Assembly: GCF_009914755.1 (NCBI RefSeq)
Contig: NC_060928.1
DNA length: 64,000 nt
Reading direction: 5' to 3' (one strand)
Source: the human T2T-CHM13v2.0 reference genome, Homo sapiens
A program made the translations under genes and the position numbers. The notes under the pieces were generated by a model that did not search any database, was not told where the DNA came from, and saw only the letters and a list, made by a program, of their open reading frames with translations. Positions 45,919-60,630 of the stretch are shown here, in pieces. Within the stretch, counting starts at the first letter, position 1, and every line of letters starts with the position of its first letter.

Positions 45919-48841
45919 GAGAGAGAGCCAGCAAATAGGTCCCATTCCCCATTCCAGCAGAAACACCTTGGTAGAGTTTTCAGGCAATATAGTTCTGCTG
46001 CCAGTAGTTGCACCCTTCAAATGTGTTTTATGTTACATTTTCTTTAAAGCTGTACAAATGAGATTTATAATAGGATTATACAATATGCAGCCACATGTCA
46101 ATTTCATCTCCATTTTATCCTTCTATATCTTTAAAACAGCCTAGTTTCCTGATCTTTTGAAAAATATTTAAATTAGGAGAAATTCAGTAGTATTATTTCC
46201 TTTTTTGTGTCCTCAGTGTACATCTGTCTACAAGGGCAACCATTACACTTGAGTGTGCTTAAAATTTATGTATCTGTTATGTTATAATTTTCTCTCCCCT
46301 GCCTATCACAATGCTTGACACAAAGCAAATTCCAAATATGGATAAACTAGTAAACAAACCTCAGTGCACGAGTGATAGTTTGGAAGTCAATATTAAATGG
46401 GTCAAATTTAGATCTCATCTGTAAACTACTGTAGAGGTATACCATGAAATGTTTATTTTAAAATATAGCCAGAAACATAAATGTTATGTATGTCTATTAT
46501 TAACTTTTAGTATAACTTTCTGTTAACATGTATATATGCATATAAATGTAATATGTATTTACATGAAAACAGCAGCTGCTTTAATTCTATTGTTTTCTAA
46601 AATTAAAAAATAGGTAGATAGCATAGCTCATGGTACAACTATGTTGTTGTTTGGCAAGTTCTAGAGAAATATTGACTCTGCCACTAATTTGCCAAACAAC
46701 CCATCATATGTCTTCTAAAATTGAATCAACAACATTTTGAAAATAAATGACTAACATAGAAAAAACGAGTTATAATGGGCAATAAGTCGGTAGCTTAAGT
46801 ACTTAAAATACGAATGATAATTTTGAAGTTTAAGCTATTTTCATTGTAATTCTTATTATATAATTCTTTCTTAATTTCCATGTGGACAACATGGTATATA
46901 AAATAATTATATAGTACATGGAGAATGTAAATATATTTTTAAATACTGAAGAGTTAATTTTTAATATTTACCAATACAAACATTTAGTAAAATAAAATTG
47001 AAACACTATTTCCTGTAGTATGTTGTCCTTCCCTCACCACCTCCAAACTGATATTTGTGACTTTTTTAAAATATGGAAAAAAATTTAAAGAAATGGATGT
47101 CTTCACTGTTAAATTGAAATTGTGAGAACTATTGTTGAAATATCAAAAGTAAACAATGAGAAATTAAGCCAGTGTTCAGAAACTTATAGTTAAATGAAAA
47201 GTTTTAGAAATGTTGAGAAAAATAAAAGATAAAGATTTAATCATTAAAATTGTAAATCTAATCCATGAGTATGCAAAATAATTATATATATTTCAATATA
47301 TTTAGAAAGAAAAAGTTATTAGAATTGTATAAGCAAAATTATTGTCTCTCATAGAAGAACACGAACAGATAATATTTAATATTGATAATACAAGAAATAT
47401 CATCACTAACTACCTTTTTTTAGTGACTAAATGTAGCAATTGATTGTATGAGCTGGAACTAGACATAGGGGGACATGAAGGAATAATCTACTATATTTTA
47501 TAATAAAATCTTTTATTTTATTTTATATTTGCCGTGAATATATATTACCTTGAAAAGATAGGTACTTTTTTGTGTTAAAATAAATCTTAGATGAAAAGAC
47601 TAAGTATTCTTTAAGACACATCTAATATGATAGATTTGTGTGATTTTGTAAATCTCAAGTAAAATGTTTTGATGTTTAAATATATTTGTATCAATATTTT
47701 TTTCCATCAAAATCTTCAATTTTACCTTTAGGAAGTTTCTGTTGAAAAATCTAAATAACCTTAAACACGTTTATTTGTAAAGCGTGCGGAATGCACTTTT
47801 ACATGTGTATAAGTGAGCCCTTATTAGTCATATAAAAATGTTGTCGATGTATTATCTGAGACACACAACATTCTGATGGTATTCATCCAAACACCTTGGC
47901 TACTTGTTATCGATAATCTCTTGAAAGGACTTCATATGCTATTTGGCCCACTTAATAATGCTATGTAACTCCATTAGATTTATAAGCTTTCCACTGTTGT
48001 TACCCCCAATTTTAGGCTTACATATTAAAGCTTAAGAGAAACACGAAGTGAGAATTATAAAACAGTGTGATTACTAAGGAAGCTTTATAAGACCTCTTTA
48101 CATCTACGATGTCAAGCACCGATTTCTTAAATTCATTTCTTTTTAAATCTACAGAATAATCTTCTAAGGAATAGTTAGAAGTAGTTTACATTCCTCTCTT
48201 CAGGAAGCTCTTTGCAGGATATCATTGTCACCACAAAGGGAATAAAGCTCACATTTTTATCACTGTATAACTCTCTGTAAGTTAAGCCATGTTTGAAAAG
48301 AGACACCCTGAGAAAAAAAAATAAGTGGGGAAACATTTTGATTCCCTTTCTGAAAGACAGTGGTGTTGTATTCAAAAGGTTACTCACTGGCTTCATGGGG
48401 AAATGAATTGTTTGCATCATGTAAAGAGGCTGGTATTTCAAATGACTATTTTTGAGGACCAAGTTTGCAGAAGTATAAGTGGACTAGAAACAGAACAAGG
48501 GAATTGATGAACACCCTGAAGGCTGCTTTGTTTGAGATAAAGGACAACAACAGCAGAGAAATAAATGTGGACCATTGAGCTTCCCAATTTCTAATCTCAG
48601 TTTCAATTTCTTGAAACGTAAGTATTCTGGACATTACAAACAACCTGTTCCTAAGCAAGAATTCTTTTCTAACAGACTGGTAACAGTAGTTTATAAAGGT
48701 AAAATAATTTTGGTTTGTGGAAATGCCAAACCTGGATAACAGACATTTTAGAGGAGACTTACATCAGACTCCCTGTATAAAGTATAATGAGTTCAGTTCT
48801 ACAGTTCAGTATCATTTAAGTTAGCATTAAAACCAGGAATA

Positions 48842-49152
48842 GGCTGGCTGAGGTGTCTCATGGCTATAATCCTAGAGCTTCAGAGGTTAAGTGAGGAGAA
48901 TCTCTTGAGCCCAGGAATTAGAGACTAGCCTGGGCAACCTTGCGAGGCCCTGTCTCTACAAAAAATTGAAAAAAATTAATCAGATTCAGTGGTGTGCACT
49001 TGTAATTTCAGCTACCCATGAGGCTAAGGTAGAAGGATCACTTGAGCCCAGGAACTTGAGATTGCAGTGAGCTACGAATGCACCACTGCACTCCAACCTG
49101 GGCGAATGAGTGAGATCCTGTTTCAATAAAACAAAACAACAACAACAACAAC
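48842..49152 (+). mobile_element. AluJ-like with an (AAC)n tail
   Basis: Diverged Alu dimer ending aaaacaacaacaacaacaaca. Confidence 0.9.
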
Positions 49153-50355
49153 AGATAAGTAATAGATCTTTCAGGTTCCACAATATAAGACATATGCATA
49201 ATAAGACACGTGGTTTTCTTTAAAGTTATTTTAGGACCCATTAAATAATAAGTAATACCATGGCATATGTGAAAAGCAGCAGCTAGATCTATAACAAGCA
49301 AAGAAGGTGGCTGAATGTAAAAGTATCAAAGAATAAAAGAGTGATAGATAAGGATGGAACAGTAGTAGAAAACCAGAAGAGTGACAAAGTTGGTAATCTT
49401 GGGAAAGCTTGTTTTTGAGCCTGTAATTTTAAACATTTTTCCAAACTCCTTTTCAGTTTGACTTCTGAATCCATAAGTCTGAAATAGAATTCTATTTGCT
49501 TGAAGTTCATACTCCAGGTGACAAGATGAAATCATGTGTACAACTAGGATAAATATAGAAATAATCGTATCTAGTAAAGCTACATAACAAGATGGAATAA
49601 AAGATGAAAAATAGCTAAAAGTTTGTTGTATATATCCTCACCAACTCACTATCAAAAGCTGAAACCTAATGTAATCTGACATTGCACCAAAATTGAGTTT
49701 TTATTTACAGCAAGCAAATACCATTTTCTGAGAGATTTGATTCTATACTCTAAATATATCAGGTCTTATCTAAACTTTACTGATCAATGAGTTATATTGG
49801 GAAGTATACTACTACTCTCTCTTAATGTCGACCATGAATTTGAAAAATATTATATTCATATTTAATCCCTTTTCATGGGAAAAATGGTTCCAAAAGACTC
49901 ATTTCCACCACTGGTACTCAGGAAATCTGTCTTCTAAAATGAAACACATTAGCGTTTTTTCTGTACTAAAAACTCATATACAGTGCATTTACACAGGAAC
50001 TTTTCACTGTGTAATCCTGAATTAATAGATCCATGAGGTTAGAGTCACTCTGAAACAATTCAATAATAAATTACTCTATGAAACATTTTTCACAAACACA
50101 TTGAAAGAAGAATACTGTTTCATGGCAATTGCAAATTAAGGAGAAATACTAAGGTGGAGAGAGAATTAGATGTATACATTTTTAAACTTAGAGAATGCAT
50201 AAAACGATGAATAGCTAAGGCTCAAAGCAATGGAATTTTTGTTAAATTCATTTAACAAATGTTTCTTGGCCTGTCATATGTAAGACATTGTACCGAGCAT
50301 GTTGAGAATACAAACACTAATCAAACTTAATCCTTGACTACAAGTGATAGGAAGA

Positions 50356-51010
50356 TGTGATGGTTGATTTATATGTCAGCATGGCTAGCCTATGGTGCCC
50401 AGTTGTTTGGTCAAACACTCGTCTAGATTTTGCTGTGAAGATGCTTGTGAGGTGATTAGCATTTATAATTAGTTGACTTTAAGTAAACAGATTACCCTCC
50501 ATAATGTTTATGGGCTTCCTCTAATCAGTTGAAGGAATTAAGAGCAAAGACTAAGGTTTTTTCAAAAAGAAGGAATTCTACCTTAAGACTTCAACATAGA
50601 AATCCTGCTTGAGTTTCCAGCCTGCTCTATGAATTTAAGATTCAAGACTACGACTTCAACTCCTGTGTAGGTTTCCAGACTGATGGCCTCAACAGTAGAT
50701 TTTGGACTTAGGACTGCAACATCAACTCTTATCTGAATTTCCTGCTGCCTGGCAAACCCTACAAATTTTGGACTTGACATATCCCACCTGCAGTTGTGTG
50801 AGCCGATTCCTTAAAATAAAACTCTCTATATAGGAGATAGATAGAGAAAAAGATAGAGATAGAGATAGAGATAGAGATAGAGATAGAGATAGAGATAGAG
50901 ATCAAAAGAGAGAAATAGAGGGAAACGTGGCGACAGAGGTAGTGGTAGCAGTAGAGGAACAGACAGAGATAGAAATGGAGAACTTATTGATTCTGTTTTT
51001 CTGGATAAAT
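50356..51010 (+). mobile_element. ERVL solo LTR (MLT2-like) with an internal (AGAGAT)n
   Basis: tgtgatggttgattttatatgtca...gtgcccagttgtttggtcaaacac...cagattaccctccataatg...gtgagccgattccttaaaataaa...ttattgattctgtttttctgga. Confidence 0.85.
50852..50902. repeat. (AGAGAT)n hexanucleotide microsatellite
   Basis: About 8 perfect tandem units. Confidence 0.95.
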
Positions 51011-52976
51011 ATTTTCTGATTGCATAATATTCAACAAATTTCTCATGAAATTACTTTGGAATTAGAAATATATTATTAAGAGAATGTAGCACTAAATAGC
51101 TTCCACACTCTGAATTGCCATCTATCTTGTTTTTAAATGTAGAAAATATTACCTTCATGTAAAAATTATTTAGTTCAACACTTATTCTCAAAGCATAACA
51201 TGATCAATGCGCTTCTCATTCTATTGCTGTATACTTGCATGTACATGACAGTATTTGTGTATATATATTCCAATTATTTAAGCTTATTTTACATTAAGGA
51301 ATGAAAAATGACAGAGTAATATAAAATGAGTTTAATTTACTCTAGCCTTTTTTCATATATGTGGCATATAATAATTACATAAGAAATATCTTTCATGTCA
51401 TGAGTTTCTCCATATATTCTGTATTTAAAAATCATAAGCGGAAATTAGTTATAACAATTCCCTTTTTAAATATTATTCTTAGTTCTTTACAAAATGTTGG
51501 TCACCTTAAATTTTGAGCTGTATTTTAATTTCAACATCCAATGCAGTAAAAATGTCATAAATGTTTTCAAAACCAAAATACTATTTGATAGTTTTCTCCT
51601 TTCTTAAAAATGCAACAGGCTTTTCTTTTTAATCCTTTTATTACTCTTCCATAAGAGTACAGAAACCTTTATAAACTTTTTAATATAAGAATGCAAACTT
51701 TCTATCCTTGCATGTATTTTTATGTTGAAGTATATGTTTCTAGAATAACTTCATATTCTATAATATTTATCTCACATGCAATATGACTGTAGATTTCCAG
51801 GGGCTGTGACTTTAAAAATCTGATATAGCAGATTAGTTATTAGTAACTAGTTATCTCTACTTTGTCGCCGTTGGTGTATGTTTGTGGATAAGGGTTCACT
51901 GTTTGAAGAAAATAAGTTAAAGTTGTCATCATTCATATTTGGTTTCTATTTCCTCTTTAATATTTAATTTCTTATCAGAAAATTATACATAGTTTGCATA
52001 TATAATTTTTCTCTGTATCTATTAATATATTATGTATATTTATTTCTCTATGTATGCATACATAAACATATATGTATACATAGAGACCTGGATACATCAC
52101 ATTGCTTTGTCCTACATCTCTATGTCTCTATGTATGTATATATACATATACATATATATGTATACATAGATAAATATACATATTTAATTGGATACATAGA
52201 GAAATAATATGTGTATACATAGAGAAATAAATATACACAATTCTACATTGTTTTTCTTTAGTTGTTTTAGGAGGACATCTGAGTATTATAAAGCTTTAAA
52301 GAGAGAGAAATGCAGGTAAATAATGCTCACATCCTTGTTGCCCTGACATGTTGCAAAACTGTCACATCAAATTTTTGCTTGTTTGTTTAACTTGAGATTC
52401 CAAGTGATTAAATTAACTCACCCAGAGCTGTCAAGAAATGTTCTGGGAAAGCATGCTCTTTAAGACTTGAGTCACATAGTAATGAAGCATTTACTGATAC
52501 CCTGAAATAGCACACATGTGGTGCAGGAAAAATATTCTTTGTCTCTAAATTTGCAAATCAGATTCCTGAAGTGATAGTTTTGTGATGAAGAGTATGGATT
52601 TCACAGCCTATCTTATTAGTATTAGTAATTGAAGTTTCAAATTCTGTGATATAGCCAAGACATGTGTGTCGTTAGCTGCAAAACTGCTAGTCCTGTAGAA
52701 ATCAGAGAGAAACACTCTCCTATAAAATTATTTTGCTCTGATTTAAATAATAATATTTGTATTGAACACCACACTACCTATATCTGCATGTTAGTCCATA
52801 TTTCTTGTTCAGAATATTTTTGTAAGAATATGAGTGTGGCTTAAATTATTTCTTTTATCAGCAATAATTTGTTTTTATTCATGTGCTTATGTATTACATA
52901 CATATATGCACATAAACACAACTTATTCAAAGACTGACTTAATAATGATAACGTTTAAGATTATAAAAGAAAATAG

Positions 52977-53355
<379 letters not shown>

Positions 53356-53840
53356 TTAATAATTTAGCCTATGGCTGAAATATTTTTAAATAAAAGGACA
53401 TTAGATTTCTTTGTCCTACAAAATATCCAGGAGGAAACTGACCTCCTGGTCATTATCTCCTCTCATAATGTTTTTCCTTTTTTTCATTCTAGGGCATAGA
53501 TTTAAGGTATAAATTATTGTCTCCATGTATTAGTATATGACAGCAACACTGCCTACTGGTAGGCTGAAATGAGGATTTGAAAAAATTTGATATTTTCCCT
53601 TATTTATCTGAATTGTCCATTCCAATGAGACCTCATGAAGAATGAGATGAAGAATAAAAGTGGTTTTACATTTATAAAGCATCTAATATACACCAGCTTC
53701 CCACCAGATTATGTACAGGATATTTTATTTTATTTTCTTAAATATAACCTACAAATACAGGAGGTATTCTAAATTGGAGAGCAGGCAAAGCTATTGCAGG
53801 TCGTGCTCATCCCTGGTATTTCACTTTTCTTACCTTCATT

Positions 53841-53898
53841 TTAGCAAATTCTTAGGAATACATAATATATTAGCAAATTCTTAGGAATACATAATATA
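53841..53898. repeat. 29-bp perfect tandem duplication
   Basis: ttagcaaattcttaggaatacataatata x2. Confidence 0.95.
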
Positions 53899-54064
53899 TT
53901 ATTTTCCTCCTCAGATATAAAACCTAAAAAGAATAACACCGAATATCATGGGTTTCATAATTTTCTTCCAACACGAGTCTCATATATGTATAGGTTTTGT
54001 TATATTTCCAAAACATAATTCTACTTAACAAAATTTCTGCATAAAACGTCAAAGGAACTTTTTA

Positions 54065-54193
<129 letters not shown>

Positions 54194-57100
54194 TTAGGAA
54201 TAAAAACACATTTAAATGTTCAAAATATAATTATCATAAACCTTTACAACCAAAATTCAGTGCCTCTCATATCTTTAGCAGGAGACCAATTTTCGAAGTT
54301 GTGTAATGTTAATAAAGCAAACCATATGGGACCCTTACTGTATACTCGCACCACTTTGTGATATTATGCAGACATTACACTTCATTCTTCCTGTGCTGCA
54401 GTTTAGTGGTTTCTTTAATATAATTAAATAAATGTTTCATAGTTTAAAACAGTTATAAATAGGGATATAAACTCTTGATACATAGATTATCTTGGATACC
54501 TTCCCCACTTAATGTACATGTTGATTAAGGAGTAAAAGTACTTTCTGAAGAATCAAATTTGTTTTACTACTTTTATTAGAGTTCACTAGGAAAAGTTTAA
54601 TTTCTTTGCAGGAGTTTGGTTTATATAAAGATTTTTAGGAAGAAAAAGACCAAATGCCCTAGATTTTGTAGAATATAAATTTTCTTAAACTAATTTTTGT
54701 CAAAATAATTCTAAATAGAGGTCTTACATATTAGTTTTAATATTGGCAATTTGGGAAGTCTATTTCTATACCTCAAAACAAATTAAGGTATCTGAAAAAT
54801 CTTAATTTAATGTTTAAATCATACTTTTCTTTTTCACACTACGGATCTGGATGTGTGGTGTCTCAGAAATTCATCTCCCCCCACTTTCTAAATCCATGTC
54901 TAAATGGGTGCAGGAGGCTAGTTTGAAACCTGTGTAGGTTAATCAAAGCCTGAGCCCAGGGAACTTCCACATACTCATGAACACCTGTTCTCTTTGTTTC
55001 CTCTGCTTCTCCCCTGTTCCAATGTGGCCAGCCCTGAGCTCTTGTAATCCTTCCTTTTCTGGTCCTTGCCTATATAGCTCTTTTGACCTGTTATATTGGT
55101 TTACACAGTCAAATTTATTCAGTATAATTATATCTTACATAATTCAGTGATAGCATGTTCTCTTTAAAAGACAGCAATAATATTAAAATCTTGACTGGAA
55201 AATCAAACCATTGTTCTTACAATGTTTACATTCTAAAAACATCTGTAAAGAGAAAGATAATTTATTTAAATAAAAAATAATTTTCTAAGCATTATTAATT
55301 TTTTTCAATTGTGATCTCCTGGAAGATTCAGCCTGGGCTTTCCATCTATTGAGAATCACAAAAACAGTTTGTTGATTTGTAAAAAATATGTGTTTATTGA
55401 ACTTCAGTCATATTTAATCTTACATCTTATATGTTTCTAGGGAATAAATAGTCAACAATTTTTCCCATATAACTATGTATCCATATATTCCTAAGATTTA
55501 GAGAAAAATGTATATAAACTAAACTATTACTTTATTCATGTTTATATATAGTGTGCATACAATTTTTCTTTTAGCACATGAAATTATTTATAATAATACA
55601 TATACACTTTAAATTACTCCAGGTTGTTTGATACATCTTATTATTTTATAAATAATTCTCAGTACTTCTATTTTAATAGATGTAATCTTTAATAGTTAAT
55701 TATCCATTATAATTCCAGAGAGCAATGCATAAAGACGGAATATTCCTGAACAGAAGCAGAAGTGGCAAGCAATAGACTCAAGTCACGTTTTATATAAAAT
55801 AAAATTTAGTAGTTGTCAGCTATTATTTATAATCATAGTTGTGTTTAAAGGAATATAAATATTACATGCACAAAAGAGAAAGCCGAAACAAAGCACATAA
55901 GTATTTATGCCAAAGCTTTTTGATTTGTATCAGCAAAGCCTCCATGTAAACATTAACATATAAATAACTATCAATTTAACATTATTGGTTTCTGAATACT
56001 GTTGTTGAAACTTATGAACATAACAAAACCATAATGTGGTGTCTGATTTTCATTTGTGTCTGTTACATACTATGTTTGATTTTTATTACTAAGCTCTTAA
56101 CATTTTTCAGTGAATATGACTACCCTTCTTTAACTTTGCCAAAATACTGTTCGAAAATTATGAATTTGAATGTGTTTGGGCCTGACAACTACTTTAAGTC
56201 CAGATTGTTTGTCATGTTTCTTGAAATATTTCCTTCCCTTACCACTATGCATACTTTTATTAGGTTGTTTTACCATATTCTACACAGAAAAGAGTCAGTG
56301 GGATTCCACTATGATTTGTTGCACTGGTGGAATTTGTGAGCTATATTTTCCACTAAATACCACTTAATCCATCCAAATTACTCTTTCAGGTTCTAGAGCA
56401 TATTTTCTTGTCTTTTAACATATGAATTACACATGAACGTTTTTACAAAGCATAAACTACTTTTCAGGTTACAAGTTACTGAAGAAATACAGATATTATT
56501 AGTCAAGATTTAGTTTTTTATTTGACTGTTTTCAATGAGAATATAAATTCTTAGTGCTTATGAAACAGTAATGCCAACAAATTACTAAATACAACTAGAT
56601 TAATTAAAATAGCGATTATAAAATAAATGCCTATATACTGGTAACTCAGCTTATGAAATAAAACTTTTCCACTACCTTTAATGGTCTCTGCGAGTCCTCC
56701 TCATTCATAAGACTAGATATTTTGCCATTTACATTTTTGCAAGGCATTATTTTCTTCCTCAAAAGTTTTATTTAGAATTTTTGCAGCAGAATTTATGATC
56801 TGAACATATGACCTGATGTGTTTCTCTTTCAATTTGCTGCTTTGATATTGTGCACATATAAATTTATTAAGATTATCCTCAGCAAAGAGGAATATAAATG
56901 ACCTGATGATGGAGATGTTGGAAACTGAAGACACAATGCACATTTTCATTGGGGACATTCATTAGCTTTATGTGTAAAAAGAAAATAATATATTTGTATA
57001 GATTTTTACTAACTACTAAATTTATATATATTATATTTTTTGACAAGTGTAGGGATGAGAAAATATGACAAAGAGGGATGATAAATTTCATTCTCTGCAT

Positions 57101-57535
57101 TCAGACAGATCAGAGGCAAATAATAGCTATAGCACTTACTCTTTTACCGTGAGAATGTTAGACAGTGTGATAATTTCCCCATATCAAATTTAAAGATAAT
57201 AATTATACTATGTCATGCAGCTGTTGTAAGATTTCAATTAGTTAGAGAATGTAAAATATTTAGCAGAGTAACTCACACACAGCAAGATTTCAAAGAAATG
57301 GTAACCTATTTATTTATGTTTTGCAGGTATCTATTCATTATAACACTACTGAAAAAAGCAAATGGTGACATGATATATAACCAGACTTTGATAACTATTC
57401 TCATTTCTCCTCAAACCCGTATATGCTAAATTTTAATTTTCTATGATATAAAATTTTAAGTTCTGTTTTCCCAGAATCCTTGAGCCAGCTAAAAGATCAA
57501 CTTTATTTTCTAGTAAAGCATTTCTTAAATTTGGC

Positions 57536-57939
57536 ATATATGCATGTGTGATACACATGTGTGTGCATAGATATAATTATGTATGATTTCAACCAATGCC
57601 ATTTATAATGAAAACAAATATTCTATTACATTATAACATTTGCCTTGCTAATTAGTGTGTGAAGTTAATAATGAAGATTTCCATTCAGTGTTTTTCAATA
57701 CACCTTTGGAAGTTAAGGAGATTGTATACTTACTCAAAAGGACTGGTTTTAGATAATATCACTCTGGCCAATATATATAGTGTTCAGATGGTACTCACTT
57801 CCTGGAATAACAGGGCCTAAAAAAGAGCTTGACACACTCACTCCCAAAAAACTTTCTAGCAAGAATGAATGGATAAGCAAGTCTTGTTCTAGTTGAACAT
57901 AATATAAAGACTTTATTGAGGTGCAATGATATGATTTTG
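57536..57939 (+). repeat. Left arm of ~404-bp inverted duplication
   Basis: Reverse complement of 59370-59775 with about 14 substitutions and one 2-bp indel (manual alignment). Confidence 0.97.
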
Positions 57940-58074
57940 GGCCAAGCCCAAACTGTTTTCCTAATACTACTAAGATGTCATTCACATTTTTTCTTGTATT
58001 ATTATTACTTTTAATGTAGGGTTTAGTTTTCAACAGGCTACATGAAGTAGAATGTTACGTGGGATATCACAATT

Positions 58075-58405
58075 CATGCAGAAGCAGATGTAAGAATCCA
58101 GCATCTTCTATTAAGCCTGAAAGCTAAAGGATTTGCAAAATGTAAACAATGTTTTACCTTTTATTTGTTTGAAAACGTAGCTTTAAAAAGATAATATGCT
58201 ATTTATGGCTCCATGTAATGGGTTTATTAGGGCTATTTTAACAAGTTAATGAATGCATATTTTAAAAATTTCTATTTCCATTTCTAATACTAAATATTAG
58301 TAGATAGAGCTACACCTCTCCCCAACCAAACACAAAGTTCTTTAAGTTCTCAATATTTAAGTTTGTAAAGGGGTCCTGAGTCTCAAAAAGTTTGAGTAGT
58401 GGTGA
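58075..58405 (+). mobile_element. hAT Charlie1-like DNA transposon 3' end
   Basis: gaagcagatgtaagaatccagc..cttctattaagcc...gatttgcaaaatgtaaacaatg...tgtaaaggggtcctgag...aaaagtttgag. Confidence 0.8.
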
Positions 58406-59369
58406 TCATTACTTCTCTCTTCATGAATGCATTGTGGTGAAGTATATTACAAACATTATTGACTTCAGTGAAAGATTCTACACTACTCTAGACATGGTAA
58501 AGATCGGGAACATGTGCAGATTGTTTTTCGTTTTTGTTTTTTTTTTTTCCTTTTTCAAGCTCTGGTGAAGGCAGGCAAAAGCGCTTAGTCTTTTTTTTGG
58601 GTTGATTGTTAATCTAACAGAGTATAGTGACTCTAGAAGTTATCCATAATTTGTTTGTTCCTTAAGAGCTTTCTTTCTGCTTTTTCTTTCTATACACAGA
58701 AAAGACATAAGCAAGAATTACTCCTGCAGTCTTACAAGACAGAAGTATTTCCCAGAGGATTTTCTAATCAATATTGTACCCTTAAATACATGAAATGGAC
58801 TGAGAAAAAAATGGATATAATGCACTTTCCTATCTCAATCCTTTGGGAATGGGAACCACTCAAGAACAGTAGTGTATTGTGAAATATAGTTATACTACTT
58901 ATTATATACAGTGGATATATACTATGTAATCTACACTAGCAATACAATTTGATTAATTTCTGATCATTGGATGCATGTTTATGTGCATCATAAAAAAGAT
59001 TTTGTGATGTTTTTCTTCCTCTGACTTAATTGTCATTAGTTTTGCATTCATATTATAGTCCATGAGAAGTTATAAGTGTATGATGTAGTGATTTGGTAGC
59101 CAATCAAAGGTTTTTCAATAAATTATGGTGTTATACAGAATCCTTCATTTGTTGATATTATCCTTTTTACTTTCAAGTGATCCTAAAAGTATGCATATTT
59201 TTGAAATATGGAAGAAATCTCCCATCTTTAGATAAAGAATAATATAGGCAAGAATAGATTGCGTTGCATTTTCTCACTGAATAACTCAGCACGGATAGAT
59301 CTTTGGTTCATGAATGTTCTCATTCACTATATCCTGACTTTGGAGATAACATTGTCTTTGTACACAGAG

Positions 59370-59775
59370 CAAAATCATACCATTGCACCTCAATAAAGTC
59401 TTTATATTAAGTTCAACTAGAACAAGACTTGCTTATCCTTTCATTCTTGCTAGAAAGTTTTTTAGGAGTGAGTGTGTCAAGCTCTTTTTTAGGCCCTGTT
59501 AATCCAGGAAGTGGGTACCGTCTGACCACTATGTATATTGGCCAGAGTGATAGTATCTAAAACCAGTCATTTTGAGTAAGTATACAATCTCCTTAACTTC
59601 CAAAGGTGTACTGAAAAACACTGAATGGAAATCTTCATTATTAACTTCACACACTAATTAGCAGGGCAAATGTTATAATGTAATAGAATATTTGTTTTCA
59701 TAATAAATGGCATTGGTTGAAATCATACATAATTATATCTATGCACACACATATGTGTATCACACATGCATATAT
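59370..59775 (-). repeat. Right arm of ~404-bp inverted duplication
   Basis: Reverse complement of 57536-57939. Confidence 0.97.
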
Positions 59776-60129
59776 ATAATTTAAGCCAATGTCATTATAT
59801 ACTTGTATGTACATGTGCACATATATAGATATCGCTACAAATGGATATCTCTTGCAAGATCAAATTTTTGATGAAAAAAATTGTAAAATGATTTAAAAAG
59901 CTTAGACTGATGTAAGTTTTTAGCAGACCAGTTAGTGAACTGGCCAGTAGAAATAACAACAGGTTGATTGTGATTTAATTTAATTGCATCACGTACTCGC
60001 CATTAGAAAGCATAGTCTTCCCCTCCCCCCAATGCCATGACTAAATCTCATGTATTCAGAAGACTTATTCTGTGAGAAGTCTTTTTCTTTTTATTTATTT
60101 TATATTATTACTTTTATAGGCCCTGTTAT

Positions 60130-60432
60130 TTCTGAGGCAGGATATTGCTCTGTCCCTCAGTTTGGACAGTGGTGTGGGTGGCATAGAGGGCAGTGGAGCG
60201 ATCACTGCAGTCTTGAGCTCCAGAGCTCAGGCGATCCTCCCACCTCAGTCTTCTGAGTAGCTGGGATTACAGGCATGAGCCATCACGCCCGGCATTTTTT
60301 TTTTTAATTTTTTGTAGAGACAGGTTTTTGCTATATTGCCTAGGCTGTTCTCAAACTCCTGGCCTCAAGCAATCCTCCCTCTTCGGCCCCCCAAATTGCT
60401 AGGATTAAAGGTATCAGCCACCACATCCTGAC
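60130..60432 (-). mobile_element. AluJ-like
   Basis: Diverged reverse Alu dimer. Confidence 0.85.
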
Positions 60433-60477
60433 CTTTTTCATTTTAAATATTATTTCAGTATTATTTTGAAGTAGTAA

Positions 60478-60630
60478 TTTTTTTAATTTTTGTTTATTTC
60501 CGTAAGTTTTTTGGGAACAGGTGGTATTTGGTTACATGATTAAGTTCTTTAGTGGCGATTTGTAAGATTTTGGTTGAACCCATCTCCTGAGCAGTATACA
60601 CTGAACCCAGTTTGTAGTCTTTTATTCTTT
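60478..60630 (-). mobile_element. L1PB-type 3' end fragment
   Basis: gggaacaggtggtatttggttacatgattaagttctttagtggcgatttgtaagattttgg...gcagtatacactg. Confidence 0.8.

Noticed and set aside
56713-57100. Purine-rich, coding-looking patch (ORFs 56713..56958 and 56879..57100) considered as a further exon
   Set aside because: No recognisable FSTL5 peptide in the frames I examined and no convincing splice-site pair.
57536-59775. Interpretation of the large inverted repeat as TIRs of an intact DNA transposon
   Set aside because: No transposase ORF in the spacer and no flanking TSD seen. The internal Charlie fragment is far more diverged than the arms.
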